The notes under the pieces were generated by a model that was not told the origin of the DNA, searched no databases, and saw only the letters and a program-made list of their open reading frames with translations. DNA of 64,000 bases. Origin: Podospora anserina (lineage: Eukaryota). Numbering within the stretch: position 1 is the first letter of the stretch; each line of letters starts with the position of its first letter. Location: NCBI GenBank assembly GCA_017654855.1, contig CM030338.1, forward strand, positions 3,968,001-4,032,000. The letters run 5' to 3'. A program made the translations under genes and the position numbers. Of the stretch, positions 37,225-49,206 are shown piece by piece.

Positions 37225-38228
37225 TAGGGACCACGGTTGCCGGAACGGAACTCGGCCCCCTGAAGCAATTCGAAGTCCCGGAAAGCCGAACGCTAAAGCT
37301 AGTGCCCTGCAGCGGCTAAACGGTAGCGCAACGTAGCCTGTAACGTGGCCTGTAACCTTATTTTAGTTAGCGTACTTAGCGGGCATTCGGGCCCGGGAAC
37401 GGAGTTATCTTTAGGAAGTAAGTGAAAGACCGACGGCCTATAAAACCTCTGCCTCACACTTTATTTACTGTGATATTTCTTAGTCTATAAGGTTCAATTA
37501 ATATACTAGTTTACTACACTTATTAGTGCCTCATAAGCCTATGTTATAGTAATTCTCTTTTATATATTATAAGGCGCCGCCCCTATAATCTACCTTCCTT
37601 TAGTGCTCTAATAACTGTCGAATGCTGCAGTTAAAGTCTTCTTCGCTCTTAGTGTACCGCGCCGATAGCTATTTAAGCCTATATTTTATAGGCTTCAATA
37701 GCACCTATTTAAATAAATAATAATAATTTACTCCCGCTATTACTAAGCTTCTGTTAGCTGGTGAGCCCTGATAGGCCTATAATATAGAACCTATACAGGG
37801 TTGCTGTAAAATACAGCAGTGCGTAAGCGGAAGCGGGAGGATACGACGGCAGTGCCGAAGGAAGGTAAAGCACTGTAATACAGTGAGGTATAAGGAATAA
37901 GAATTGCCTTTATTACCTTTGGCCTTGGCCTTTGGCCTTAGCCTTAAGCTTTTGCCCTTAAGGAAAGAAAGAGAACTATTCTATAGGAGAGAGGAGAGGT
38001 TTATATATAGGCCTTCGTAGGCCTACTGTGGGTCCTATAGGCCCTAGAAGCCCCTATACTATTTTGGGGTATTTAGTGGGCTTAAGTGGGTCTAGTGTAG
38101 ACTTACGGAAATCTATAGAACCTTCGGTAATAAAAATGCCCTATAAATCACACTATTATAGCAACTTACTACGTAAGGTTATAGCTACTTTAAAAGGTTT
38201 TAGTATCTATTAACTAAGCTTTAGGCTA
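37225..38228. repeat. RIP-mutated transposon debris, including a possible third LTR at ~37225-37535
   Basis: TpA-rich, CpA/TpG-poor sequence between identified elements; TATAAAA near 37439; family not recognised. Confidence 0.45.
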
Positions 38229-38594
38229 TAGTGAAATGGTAAGAAAATACATAAAACAACCACAACACTACAAATATACCCTCAACAAGTCTCAGAATAA
38301 ACACACCTGCGTGACAGTAACTCGCTCGCAGGCCGCACTTCACGTAAGACAAAGAAAAGACACTATAGGCTCGCAGGCCACATAATAAGCACCGGATTGG
38401 CCTAATTAGAGGGCCAGAATTGCTTGCACGCGTGCAAGGCACAAAATATAAAGAAAAGAATGAAAGTCAATGTCCTGTCTAAAATAGAATATCCGAAGCA
38501 GACCGCTTATATATATAACCCCTGAACCCCTGAGTCCTCTAAGAGCCCCGCTTCCTTACTTATACTCTTAGGCCTGTGGCCGTACCCCAAACTA
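38229..38594 (-). mobile_element. LTR family 2, copy 2
   Basis: Direct repeat of 26782-27144 with mostly C/T and G/A differences; no TSD. Confidence 0.75.
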
Positions 38595-38860
38595 ATAGTA
38601 GCCCTGTAAGCCTTTAAAGGTCCTTTGTAAAGAATATTCTTAAGGGATCTAAGCCGGGAAGTTCCACTACTACTTATAGCAATACTGCCCACTATAATAT
38701 TAATTTGTAAAGCAGTAAGTAGGGCATTTAGTAGTACCTATATATTAATAATAATAGAGTTAAAGTAAATATATAATATATAACGAACCTTTATTTAAAA
38801 TCTTTAAAAGGGATATTAGTTAAAGATACTTTTAAATAATCCTAATTCGGTATAGTTAAA

Positions 38861-39191
38861 TGTAACGAACCCCTGTATAGAACTTTTGAAAGGGATATGG
38901 GTTAAAAGTAACTTCTAACAATTAGTTCGGTGCAGCTAAATAATGCACAATAAGATATCTTAATATAAACATAAAATACCGTAAATACAATTGTGAATTG
39001 CATACTGCGGAACTATCTATCTACACTAGCCAGTTCCTCCATATATATAGACCTATTTATTACCATTATTACCAGTGATAATCGTGATTATTACCCTTAG
39101 CGCAAGTGATAATTTGACTTCCCCACTTTTCCGTTCCTAGTGGTTGGACGGGTCGCGCCCCGCGCTCCCTACTTATATCAGGTCCGTAACA
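38861..39191 (-). mobile_element. Solo LTR, family 1, copy D (RIP-mutated)
   Basis: TGTAACG...CGTAACA termini; first ~190 bp match copy A apart from mainly C>T and G>A changes; flanks TTAAA/CTAAT only partly match. Confidence 0.82.
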
Positions 39192-40302
39192 CTAATAAAA
39201 TTATAATATTACTTTTATTATTTATTTTTATATTAATAGTATATAGGTCTATTTCTTCGAATTTTACATTTTAAATTAAAAAAACATATTCAATATTTAA
39301 ATGTTAAGAGTTACTAGTAGCTTATATATAAATCTTAACAGAAACAAAAATTTACTTAAAAATATATAAATCTTTATTAAATAAAAATCCTAAAAAGTCT
39401 GCGGTTTTAAATTACTATTTTTAAACTTTTAAACTACTTTTTAAAATTCTTAGTAGATTGTTTATACCCTTACTCGCTTTAAAATTACATTGGGATTTTA
39501 CAAGGTTTTATATGTAGATTTTGTGCAAGTGCCCAGTCGCGCAACTGCCTGGTCAGCATTAGCTAGCTGAGCAGATCTTCGATAGGAAAACCCCGAGCCT
39601 AATTTAGTGTAGCAAAAAAGTTCCAGAACCCAAGAAAACAAGACAAAGTTACGACTGGGCTGAGGAGGGCCTTTTTGGCACGAGCTTGTTGCCTTCTGGG
39701 GAGATCAGGACGTCTTGGCCGATGACGGCACGGTCAGAGCGACAACACATCCTCGCCAGGCTCTCGACGTGTGTGAACAGAGTAAATGATCAAGTATTCT
39801 ATTTCGCCCATGAGAGAAGCAGGGACTCATCCTCTGCCTTCTCATGTCTGCTTAATGGACCTCTCCCAGCTCTTGCCCCGACAATGACCATCTCTTTCGA
39901 GATTGGTGATGCCGCCGGCCATGTCCCCTCCCATCTTGCTAGCGGCATGATATAAACAAAGCCAAACGAAGATTAACAAAAAAAGGGGAATATGTGAAAA
40001 AGCCAAAAACCCGAAAATGGTTTGCCCAACACCGCCGCTTGCCTTTTGCCGCAAAGGGATAATATTATACACACGTCTCCACCGGCCCCCATATAACAGC
40101 CCTGTTCATATGTAACCACCGACGACGTTAAAAACAAGACGTGAAAAAGGAAATGGTTGTCAGGTCATGACACAGGCGTGGGCAGGAAAATCATCTCCCT
40201 CCAACGGTGGCACCTCCACCGCTCCCAAAACAGAAATAGGCAGCAAAACGCAGAACCGAGGTATCCAAGCGACGACACAAAGGAAAATCCCCCATCCATG
40301 GG

Positions 40303-42756
40303 TCAACAACTGCTCAGAACTGACGTCTGGAAAGTCAAGTTCATGCCCTCTGGGCCTGCCTTTCCTCCTATCGGGCCACCTCCTGCACCCAAAGGACTTG
40401 GAGCCCGTTTTCTGCCCCTTCCTGAGCCAGATCTTCTTCCCATCAAGCCATCCAACAGCCGGCCGTGATCTGCCCAGCCAAACGATGTCCCGCCTCCTCC
40501 ATGGCCATGACAATGTCCGTGGTCGTGTCCCTCCAAGCCGTAGTACAGCCCGTGATGCTTGGTGCTGCTCGTTAATAAATGCAAACCCTTGCACTGATTT
40601 GCAACGCCCTGTTTGACAAGGTTCTGGATTGACCTCTCGCTCCCATCAAAAACATTGGCATAGGGGAAGATGATGCTCCTCTCGCTGACGAGTTTGCTCT
40701 GATCAAAGGCCCCTTGCTCCAGCAACAACACGGCGCAACGGAGATAGCGAGCTTCCATGTGGATGTCGGATCGGACATCGGTTCTCTGGATGGCGTATTT
40801 GACCAGCTGGAGAGGAGTGTTGCCGCAGTTGTTGAACACGTTAACATTGGCACCTTTTCCACAAAGGAACTGGACGGCGGTCACAATGCCGAACTCGGAT
40901 GCGTAGTGGAGTGCTGTGTTGCCCTCTGTATCCCGTTTCGCAAGGAAGGCGTGAAGTTCAAAGTCTGGCGCCTTCGAGGCCGTCTCGAATATGGACTCTA
41001 GTTTCTTGTTCAAGTCGGTGTCGGCAAAACCCGTTCTTCCCGCAGCGGCCCGGCGCAAAAGCTTCATAATCGGTGATCTACGGACGTGCTGGGCTGAACT
41101 ATCGTTGGGGTCATTCATAGTCATGACTTCTTGGTGGTGGTGGGGTAGCGAGTAGAGACTGTCGGATCCGCAAGTCGAGTTGTCGCCCGTCGATGGGGCC
41201 TTTGAGTCGGAGAATTCGGGGAGGTAACGACGAATGAACTCGACTTCGTCGCCAAATATTCTGGCTAATTTAGGGGCCGTCCTCTCCAGATTCCGCCTCA
41301 CGCTGTGCCATAGCCTCTCTCCATCTGCCGCCTTGCTGGCAACCAAAAACCGAGCAGCACCGTGTCCAACTTCGCGAAATACGTAGTACAATGTTTCGAT
41401 CGGAAACTCCTCCTTGGCGACAATGTGGTGCAGGAATGTGTGCTTCTCGCCGTCTCGAAGACAAAAGTCAAATCCCCTGGACCGCAAGACACGTATGAGA
41501 TTCAGGAAAGACACCGGTCTAAGTCTGGGTTGGCTTGGTGGAGCGTAGACATGAAGAAATGTTTCTCCCCGTTGGTTGACCATCTGAAGATCGTCCGTAT
41601 GCCTAATGATCAGTAGCAATAGCGAAACACGCGCACCCCACCGCGCAGCCACATGAAGTAGCGAGTTGCCATACTTGTCCACCATGTTAGCCTCTTCATC
41701 TGTTACCGAGAAGTTGGTAAACGCCGAGTTCTCGGTTGCTTGTGCTTCAATGGCCCTTGATAACCGCTCGTGAACGCACACGGCGCCTGTCCTGTCCTCG
41801 CCATCGTAATAATTAGAACAGCACATCTCAAGCAGGGCCTTGTTGAGTTCTTCCGTGGTTGGGTTTACTGTCGAGTATTTCGGCTTGAAGAGACCGTTGG
41901 TGGCCTTGGTTCCCTTGAACGGCTTGCGGGGCTTGTCTTGAAGTGAGGCCAGAAACTCCTCCCGTGTCATCTTGCTCAGCGCTGTGTTGGCCCCCGTGTT
42001 GTTCAGGTTGATGCGCCTCGACGACGCTGAAGAGGACGAGCGGGCCAGACTCGATATGCCTGACGAGATGCTGGAAAGAACCGAGGCCCATGATCTTCGT
42101 TTGGCCGATGGTGTGAGTGACGATGCGCGTGACGGCGACTTGTCTCGCATGTAGGTATCGGAGGTGTCTGGGGAGTCGGCTGAGCTGGCGCTGGCAATCG
42201 CCAGCGGCGATGAGTCGGGCGAGTCGGACTGTTTGATGGTGACGCTGGTATCCGAGCCCTCGGCGTAAAACCCGGTCTGCGCGTCAGAGAACACTGAGGC
42301 ACTCATGGGATCGGGATAGCTGCGTGATCGCGCTGCTTCTAGCCGTTGGCGGGCCCTCCTATTCCTCATCCGCCGCTCCTCCCGAACCGACCTCAGGAAA
42401 CGAACTCTGACGAGCATGGTGGTCATGTCTCTGGGCCTCCAATCATCGATTCGACGATCTGGTAGCAAGTTTTTGAGGTGCTTGTGAGTGTTGCGCTGCC
42501 TGTGACACAGTCATGTCTTGTTAGCCACACCTTGGCCGCCATGCATGTCGTGGATAGGGGGTGCGCACCTGGGATCAAACGTGCCATCTTTCAGGCGCTC
42601 AAGGATGCGAACGAGCGGTAATTTTTCGCTTTGTGTACAGACATAGAGGCGCAACAATTTCTTTTGCTTTTCGACCGGCCATGGCTTTTCGCGGCGCCCT
42701 CGTCGGATGGCCGGTTTCCCATTGCTGCTGCCAGCAGCCGTCTTGACGTCGGCCAT
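40303..42756 (-). CDS. Ankyrin-repeat protein with N-terminal Clr5-like helical domain, 2 exons
   Basis: Exon 1 42756-42569, intron 42568-42500 (GTGCGC..GCTAAC..CAG), exon 2 to 40303. Ankyrin motifs GNSLLHVAA, GETFLHV, GNTALHYA, GNTPLQL; N-terminal W..EKQKKLLRLY...L..IL..L....F.P. Confidence 0.85.
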
Positions 42757-45630
42757 CCTCTGTCCAGTCCTCTCTCTCGGCCGGTGGTTCGTCTCAAGCA
42801 CAGTTCGTCCGTCTGTCACCCCTTCTCCACCTGATGTTTGAGTTCCAGTTTGCGAGCCGTAAGTTTCAATGACTTCAGTCTCGACTCCAGGTCTGAGGAG
42901 GGATCGGCTGCGAATGATTGTCAATCTCGACCATCCACACTCGGCAGCCTCGTCGGGGATCCCTGGTAGTCGCTGCTGTGTTCGGCCGGTCTGGTTGTGG
43001 TCGGACAGGCGGTGTTAGTGTCGGGTAGTTGAGGATTATGGCACGGGGGTATATTGACGACGATAGCACCGGGAGTATGTGTGACGATGAGGCTTTCGGG
43101 AATGGCTGCAGTTTAAGACGCTCAGCTTGAGATTCCAGTAGTCCCAGAGGCCAAAACTGGTGCGTTCTCGCGGGGACGTAGCTTTCCCCAATCGGTTCTA
43201 GAAGGCTGCCAGGCCCAGTCACCGGAAGTGAGCCTTGGCTGCTGTGGGAAGTCCCCCTCGCTACTGTACACGGCGGAATGGCGAAATGGAACCCCCGCTC
43301 TGCCCCAGAACCTGGATCCTAATTTCCACCACTGAAGCACCCCTGGGGTGCTGAGCTGAGGTGGTGAGCCTGCCGGACCGGCAGTGATAGAGACCTATGA
43401 TGCTACCGGTATTTGTCACTCGAAGCACTGTCCGAGCGTGCTTGTCGAGCTATCAGGTGACTGGTGATTTGGTAACAGCAACTGGACCTCCTGGGAAGAA
43501 GAAAAGGAAGGATTATGGTGTGGGGAGAAGTTGACCAAATGCCGGCTCGTTTCGCATCCCCTTGCGATTCCATTCGTCTTGCTGTCCTTCCATTGCAGTT
43601 TCTGCGCAACTGCAACCCCCGCCAAACGGGACAACAGCGAAAGAGGCATGGCTCGGGCAAGGCGACATGAGCGAGGGTCGCTGTGGTGTTGACAGGCTCT
43701 GGCTGGGCGAGATGGTTCCTGGCATGACCGTCCCTTGGCAAGTGTTGGCACGCCTGGCAGCTGTTGACGCTGGTTTGGCAGGTTACACGAGAACGCCCAG
43801 CTGGGCCAATCAGCAGCGAGTAATTGCATTGCTGCGCCCCACAGGGTCCGAGCACATTGCGATTGGGACCTCACTTCTCCTTTTTTGGACTAGCATCCAC
43901 CTCCTCAAGCCAAGGTCAACTGCAAGGACAATCAACAGCATCACCATTCACAGACAACAGACAACAGCTGGGAGAGAGCATCTCAGTCACAGCATGATAT
44001 CAAATTCAAGGTGGCGACAGCTTCAAACATCTGACCGATCGTCGCTTTTCCGACGTAACCACAGGGCAAGAGCAGAGACCCTCTGCAGCAGATGAAGGGG
44101 CGGAGATGCGCAAAGAAGATTGAACGTTGGTTTCAACAGGTCCTTGGATTGATTGGGACATGCACGGGACGAAATCTGCGCCAAGAACCACACTTTTCAA
44201 TATAAACATTTTTTCAACACTGCATCACCAACACCCACCATCCATCATCCATTACCGTCATCTTTTCTGTCTTGTCCCTTTTTTTTCTTGGCCATTTCTT
44301 CGGTTCCTTCGGAGCTGGGACTGCCGAACATGGGAGCGGAAAACGGAGGCCCGAAACAACGTCACAGTCCGGAAGAGTTCTCCGAACCGTCACTGACTGC
44401 GGGTCCATCTGGTCTGGTCTTGTCGAGACAACCATGACATGTAGGGCTGACGGTCCCCGGGTGCCGCCATCCGAAAAAAATATCCTCGCCGATCCATCAC
44501 TTCTTCTTGTGTTGGTCTTTGGTTGTCAACAGCTTTCCACGTGGTCTGACGACGGCGGCACATTCTCTACATTTTCTTTGGTGTTGATACGTCGTAGAGG
44601 AATCTGACAAGTGTCAGAAGGTGTCACAGCGCATGCTGTGTGCCCACTGAGAGCCTACCCGAGACAAGTCTACATATACATTACACCCTGCTGTTTGGCT
44701 GGCTTTTATATCGAAATACTGTCACACGGTATTGATATTCCGTTCTTTGCCCCAAGCCTGTCATGAATATTCGATGTTTGCCATTCCCATAACTACATAC
44801 AACCCGGAGGCGACAAGCCACACCACCAAATGATCGCGATTCAGCCGCTTCGACTTCCAATGAGGGACACTGTGTTTCCTCCTGGACAGTGCAGACAGTC
44901 AATTGCACTCACCTCTCACATCCTGCAAAGAAACCGCTTGCTTCTTCCATCGGGTGAAGATGGCACCACACTTTTTATCGGGACTTTTTGCAACACGAGC
45001 TTGTTGGTGGACCGCAGCACTCAAAGTGGAAACTATCATTAAATAAAGCGCGACGACAGGCATCTCCCTGGCGACCTTCCACCGGACGTCGCGGATACCG
45101 CCACTGACTCGCAGGTCTTTCAGCATGTCCCATACTCAGAGATAAGCTGAAGGTATTCCCGACCTGCTGTTGTCAAGCCGCATAATCTCGATAGTGGCAG
45201 GGGCGGCACAAATCCGTGGACATGCCCACGCTGACCAAGCATGATGGTAGGGGTCAGTGTCCCTATCAGGCGTGATGCCGGCGCAATACACCCTCGTACC
45301 CGCGCCTGAAGCACCACCATCGCGACAAGCCCACAGTGGGGTGTTGCCTCTCTCGTGTCTTTTGGTGATCAGTGGAGAGGTTTGACGCACTGCCGGCCTG
45401 CCGGTTTCCAGCTGCTGGCTGGCGTGACTGGTTGGAGAAAACTTCCATTTTTCAGCGTGTTTATTAAATCTTGTCCCTCCTTCAACCACCTCCTTCAACT
45501 TCATCACGGTTCACCACCTTCCAGTCTTTACGGTATTTCACGTTGTTTTCCAACAAAAACAGCAACCACACATTCGTTCTTCATACATACACTCGTTAGT
45601 ATACTTTTTACAAAACCAACCACGGCCATA

Positions 45631-46278
45631 ATGCGCTCCTCCACCATTTCCGTCCTCCTCGGCGCTGCCTCCATGGTCGCTGCCATCCAGATCACCTCCC
45701 CCTCCAAGAACGACGTTGTCGACCTCTCGGCCGGCGTCAAGGTCGAGTGGTCCACCGTCAACACCGACCCTGACTCGGCCCACCTCTTCCTCGTCAACAT
45801 GGCCTCGGGCCACACCCCCTACAACAAGGACCTCGGTGAGGTCGACCTCTCGACCGGCTCCATCGTGATCACCGAGAAGGACGTCCCCGAGGACGGCGCC
45901 TTCCAGTTCAACTTCCAGAGCGTCAAGCAGAACAACATGGGCATCCTCGCCCAGAGCGAGCAGTTTGAGAACAAGAAGGAGGAGGGCAAGGACAAGGACG
46001 AGACCACCACCAAGGCCACCACCACCACTGGAGGTGCCAAGACCACCTTGACCACTGCCACCACCGCTGCTACCGCCGCTACCACCACTGGCGCCGATTC
46101 CGAGGACACCGATGATGAGGAGACCGAGACCAGCAGCACTTCTACTGGCACCTCCACCGGTACCGCTGCTGCTGCTTCTGGCACTTCTTCGGAGACCCCT
46201 GAGAGCGGTGCTGCTGGTCTTGCTGTCAAGGGCACCATGCTCGCCCTCGTTGCTGGTGTCTTGGCTGTCGTTGCCTAA
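45631..46278 (+). CDS. GPI-anchored Ser/Thr-rich cell-wall protein (Kre9/Knh1-like N-terminal domain)
   Basis: Signal peptide, ITSP...VEWSTVNTDP...LFLVN...ILAQSEQF domain, Thr-rich stalk, ESGAA omega site and hydrophobic tail; strong codon bias. Confidence 0.9.
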   Translation: MRSSTISVLLGAASMVAAIQITSPSKNDVVDLSAGVKVEWSTVNTDPDSAHLFLVNMASGHTPYNKDLGEVDLSTGSIVITEKDVPEDGAFQFNFQSVKQNNMGILAQSEQFENKKEEGKDKDETTTKATTTTGGAKTTLTTATTAATAATTTGADSEDTDDEETETSSTSTGTSTGTAAAASGTSSETPESGAAGLAVKGTMLALVAGVLAVVA

Positions 46279-46780
46279 GTCTGCGGAGAGTGAATACCAC
46301 TGTCCCTGTCAAGGGGTCATGTCAACTTTGAGGTTGGGTGTGAAGAGAGCGGTCCTGGGGAAAAGGGCCAGGGAGTTGGGTGCGTGAGCTCTGGAGAGGT
46401 CATAGTCGTTGATGTAATGACATAATAATGAGAGTTCATGCATTTGGTGTTTTACGAACTCTGTCATCTTCTGGCGCTTTGCGTGTGATAATAGGTACAT
46501 GGATTGGGATATGTAATGAGAAACACTTTGGATTAGATATAGACAATACTTGACATGTATTTGACGAAACAAAGCAGTCAACTATAACGATTGCCATTGG
46601 TGTACTGCTCAATATCAACCTTACATGTTCCTTTGAGACGCATCGAGGCGGCGTCAAGGGGGCACAGCATGTGATCGGCAGTCGACATTTCCAGAAACAC
46701 ATCATCCATAGAACTACGAGTAGCATGCTGAGAAGCTTCCACGCCACCGCCTTCTCTGTCCAAAGCCTCCCCTATGCCTC

Positions 46781-48532
46781 TCAAGTCTCAATCGTCGTCA
46801 CAGGCACAACAACAAAATTGTCAAAGCTCATATTCACCACCGTGTTGGCAACAGTAGACCGAACCTCCAGCTGCAACACATTGCGCGTCGGGTTCGCATG
46901 GCAATCAAAAGTACTGCTCCTCTGCATCCAGTCAAACGCCGCCCCATTGCCTGAGTGCATCGTGGTAACGCCAACCTTGACCGACCACCCGACACCGCTT
47001 TGGCTGTTGGTCGTGAGCTTGGTGTCATAGTACAGCCTGTACCTCACGCCCGCGACGCAGGTGATGGTCTGGCCGTATGTCAGGCTGGACTGCCCACGGG
47101 GGTGGACGTTGTAGCCGGTGTAGAGGTGGAGGAAGTGTCTGCCTTGGGGGGTGATGTGGTTGGTGGTTGTTCCGACGGAAGAGGTTCCGCCGCTGCCGGT
47201 GGTGGCGAGGATGTTCCATCCTCGGAGGCTGTTGCCTTCGAAATTGCCATTCTTGATGGGTGACGCCGCTGCGGCAACGGTTGGGCAGACGGAGGCGGAG
47301 GCAGAAGCGGTTGAGGTGACGGTTGCGGTGAAGGAAGAGACCTGGATCGAGGTTTCAAGCTGGATTTGGGTATGAGTCTCAGTCTCGACTTGTGTCTGGA
47401 TGAGGGTGGCGGTTTGAGTCTGGGTTTGGGTCTCAACCAGAGTCTGGGTCTGGGTCTCAACCTCAGTTTGGGTTTGTATGAGAGTCTCAGTCTCAGTCAG
47501 AGTCTGGGTATGAGTCTCGGTGTGAAGCTGGGTATCGGTGTGGAAATGGGATTCGGTGTGGAAATGAGTGTCGGTTTGGAGATGGGTGTCGGTTTGGAGG
47601 TGGGTGTCTGTCTGGACATGAGTGTGGGTCTCGGTCTCAATGAGGACCTCGGTGATGGTCGAGACAAGAGTCTCCGCAGTCGCTGTCTCGGTCACAGTCT
47701 CCACAACAGGAGGAAGCGTGGCAGTTTGGGTCTCCGTGACAGTGGCAACATCTTGCGAGGCGGTGTGGATGGTTGTCTGAACCTCGACCTGGGTGATGGT
47801 GGACACAATGGTCGTGGCAGCAGGGCAATCGGTGGCAGCTGATGTGATGGTCTCGTCAATGGTGGTGATATCGGTCGGCGCCGAGGTGTCTGTCTCGACA
47901 GTGGACTCGGAAGAAATCTCAGTCCCAGTGGGCTCAGAAGAGGGCTCGGTCTCTCTAGGGTCGATCAAGGTAGCCGACTCGGTAGCAGAGACGTATGAAG
48001 TGACAGCGCTCGCGGTGACAGTTGTGATGCCGATGCAAGAGCAGGCCGAGGTAGCCTCAGCAGGCGAGATGGACATTGCGTCCAAGCAGTTATCGTGCCG
48101 CTTGAACCTCCCATGCCCCTTCCCATGATTTTCCTTTCCCTTTCCATGATGATCTCTGCCCTTGCCCTTGCTCTCTTTGCCCTTAGCCTTCCCCGTAGCC
48201 TTGGGCTTCTTGGAGCAAGTTTTGTGCGAAGGGGTTGCGGCCAAGGTGCTGGTACTATCGATTTGTCAGTAATGTTCTTGGGTGAAGATACTAGTAACTG
48301 TTTGGACTTACACGGTAGGCGTGACGGTGATCGCGTTGTTAGTTTGCAAGACACCTGTGCAGAAGGCGCTGGCAGCATCGACGGACTGGATGAAGCACCG
48401 ATGCACATTGTCCTCATGACACGCACCATCCTCTCCACGCTTGATATTCTTATTGGAGACACCGCGGGCTGGACTGGCCGTGACACTTCCGGCGAGGAGA
48501 AGGCCGCCAAGTAGAGCAGAAGAAAGATACAT
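46781..48532 (-). CDS. Secreted Thr-rich repeat protein with C-terminal CBM-like (NGNFE..W) domain, 2 exons
   Basis: Signal peptide MYLSSALLGGLLLAGSVTA; intron 48311-48255 (GTAAGT..TACTGAC..TAG) joins in frame; CHEDN..ASAFC and SACSC motifs; TDTHLQ/TQTE repeats. Confidence 0.82.
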
Positions 48533-49206
48533 GACTGTGTTGGCGGTTGAAAGAACGACTGAGGTAAGATGATATTCAAAGGAATGGATGGGTTGGTGAA
48601 CGAATGTCAACCTTAAACCCTACGTTTAGGCAGAGAACAGCTAGAAAATGAAGGAACAGAGTGACTTCGAAAGAGCAACATGTCCCAGAAGACTTCGAAG
48701 TCCATTTTATAAAGGTCTCTCAATCCCCATGACCGTGACCGCCAAGCTATCAATCTGCTAAACTATGTGCAGGCCTGCTTTTCAGGGTCCCAACCCTAGA
48801 TATGCATGACGTGAGTCTCTCTGCAGTCTCCCTGACGCAGCCATGAGGCACAATGGCCTAGGGTCCTCGAGATGGGTGTGAATTCCCTTGCCCATATTTT
48901 CACCGCGCTCACAAGATGTCCTCACTGCTTGTCTTCTCTCAGACAAGTCGTTTAACTGCCTGGCACACCCACACAAATGCCTGTGACTGCCGCTATAGTA
49001 CCACTCCGTAATTTCTCATAGCAAGCGCACTGTGCTAAAGAACCATCAGCATCATCGCCAAAGATACGGATTTGGACAGCAATGCGATTCTCCCCACTGA
49101 CACTAAAACGAAGAGGGACTCGCTTGGCTGGGCATCGGCCCCGCAAAGACTTGAAAGAATCAGGTCAGCATTGCGTTGTTTTCAGAGACTACATAAAAGG
49201 CCCTTA

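Noticed and set aside
37535..38228. Mutator/MULE or gag coding relic
   Set aside because: Too RIP-degraded; no motif could be reconstructed with confidence
23785..39500. Starship or Spok-block-type giant element carrying mpgS
   Set aside because: No DUF3435 tyrosine-recombinase captain, Spok-like ORF or element boundary could be recognised
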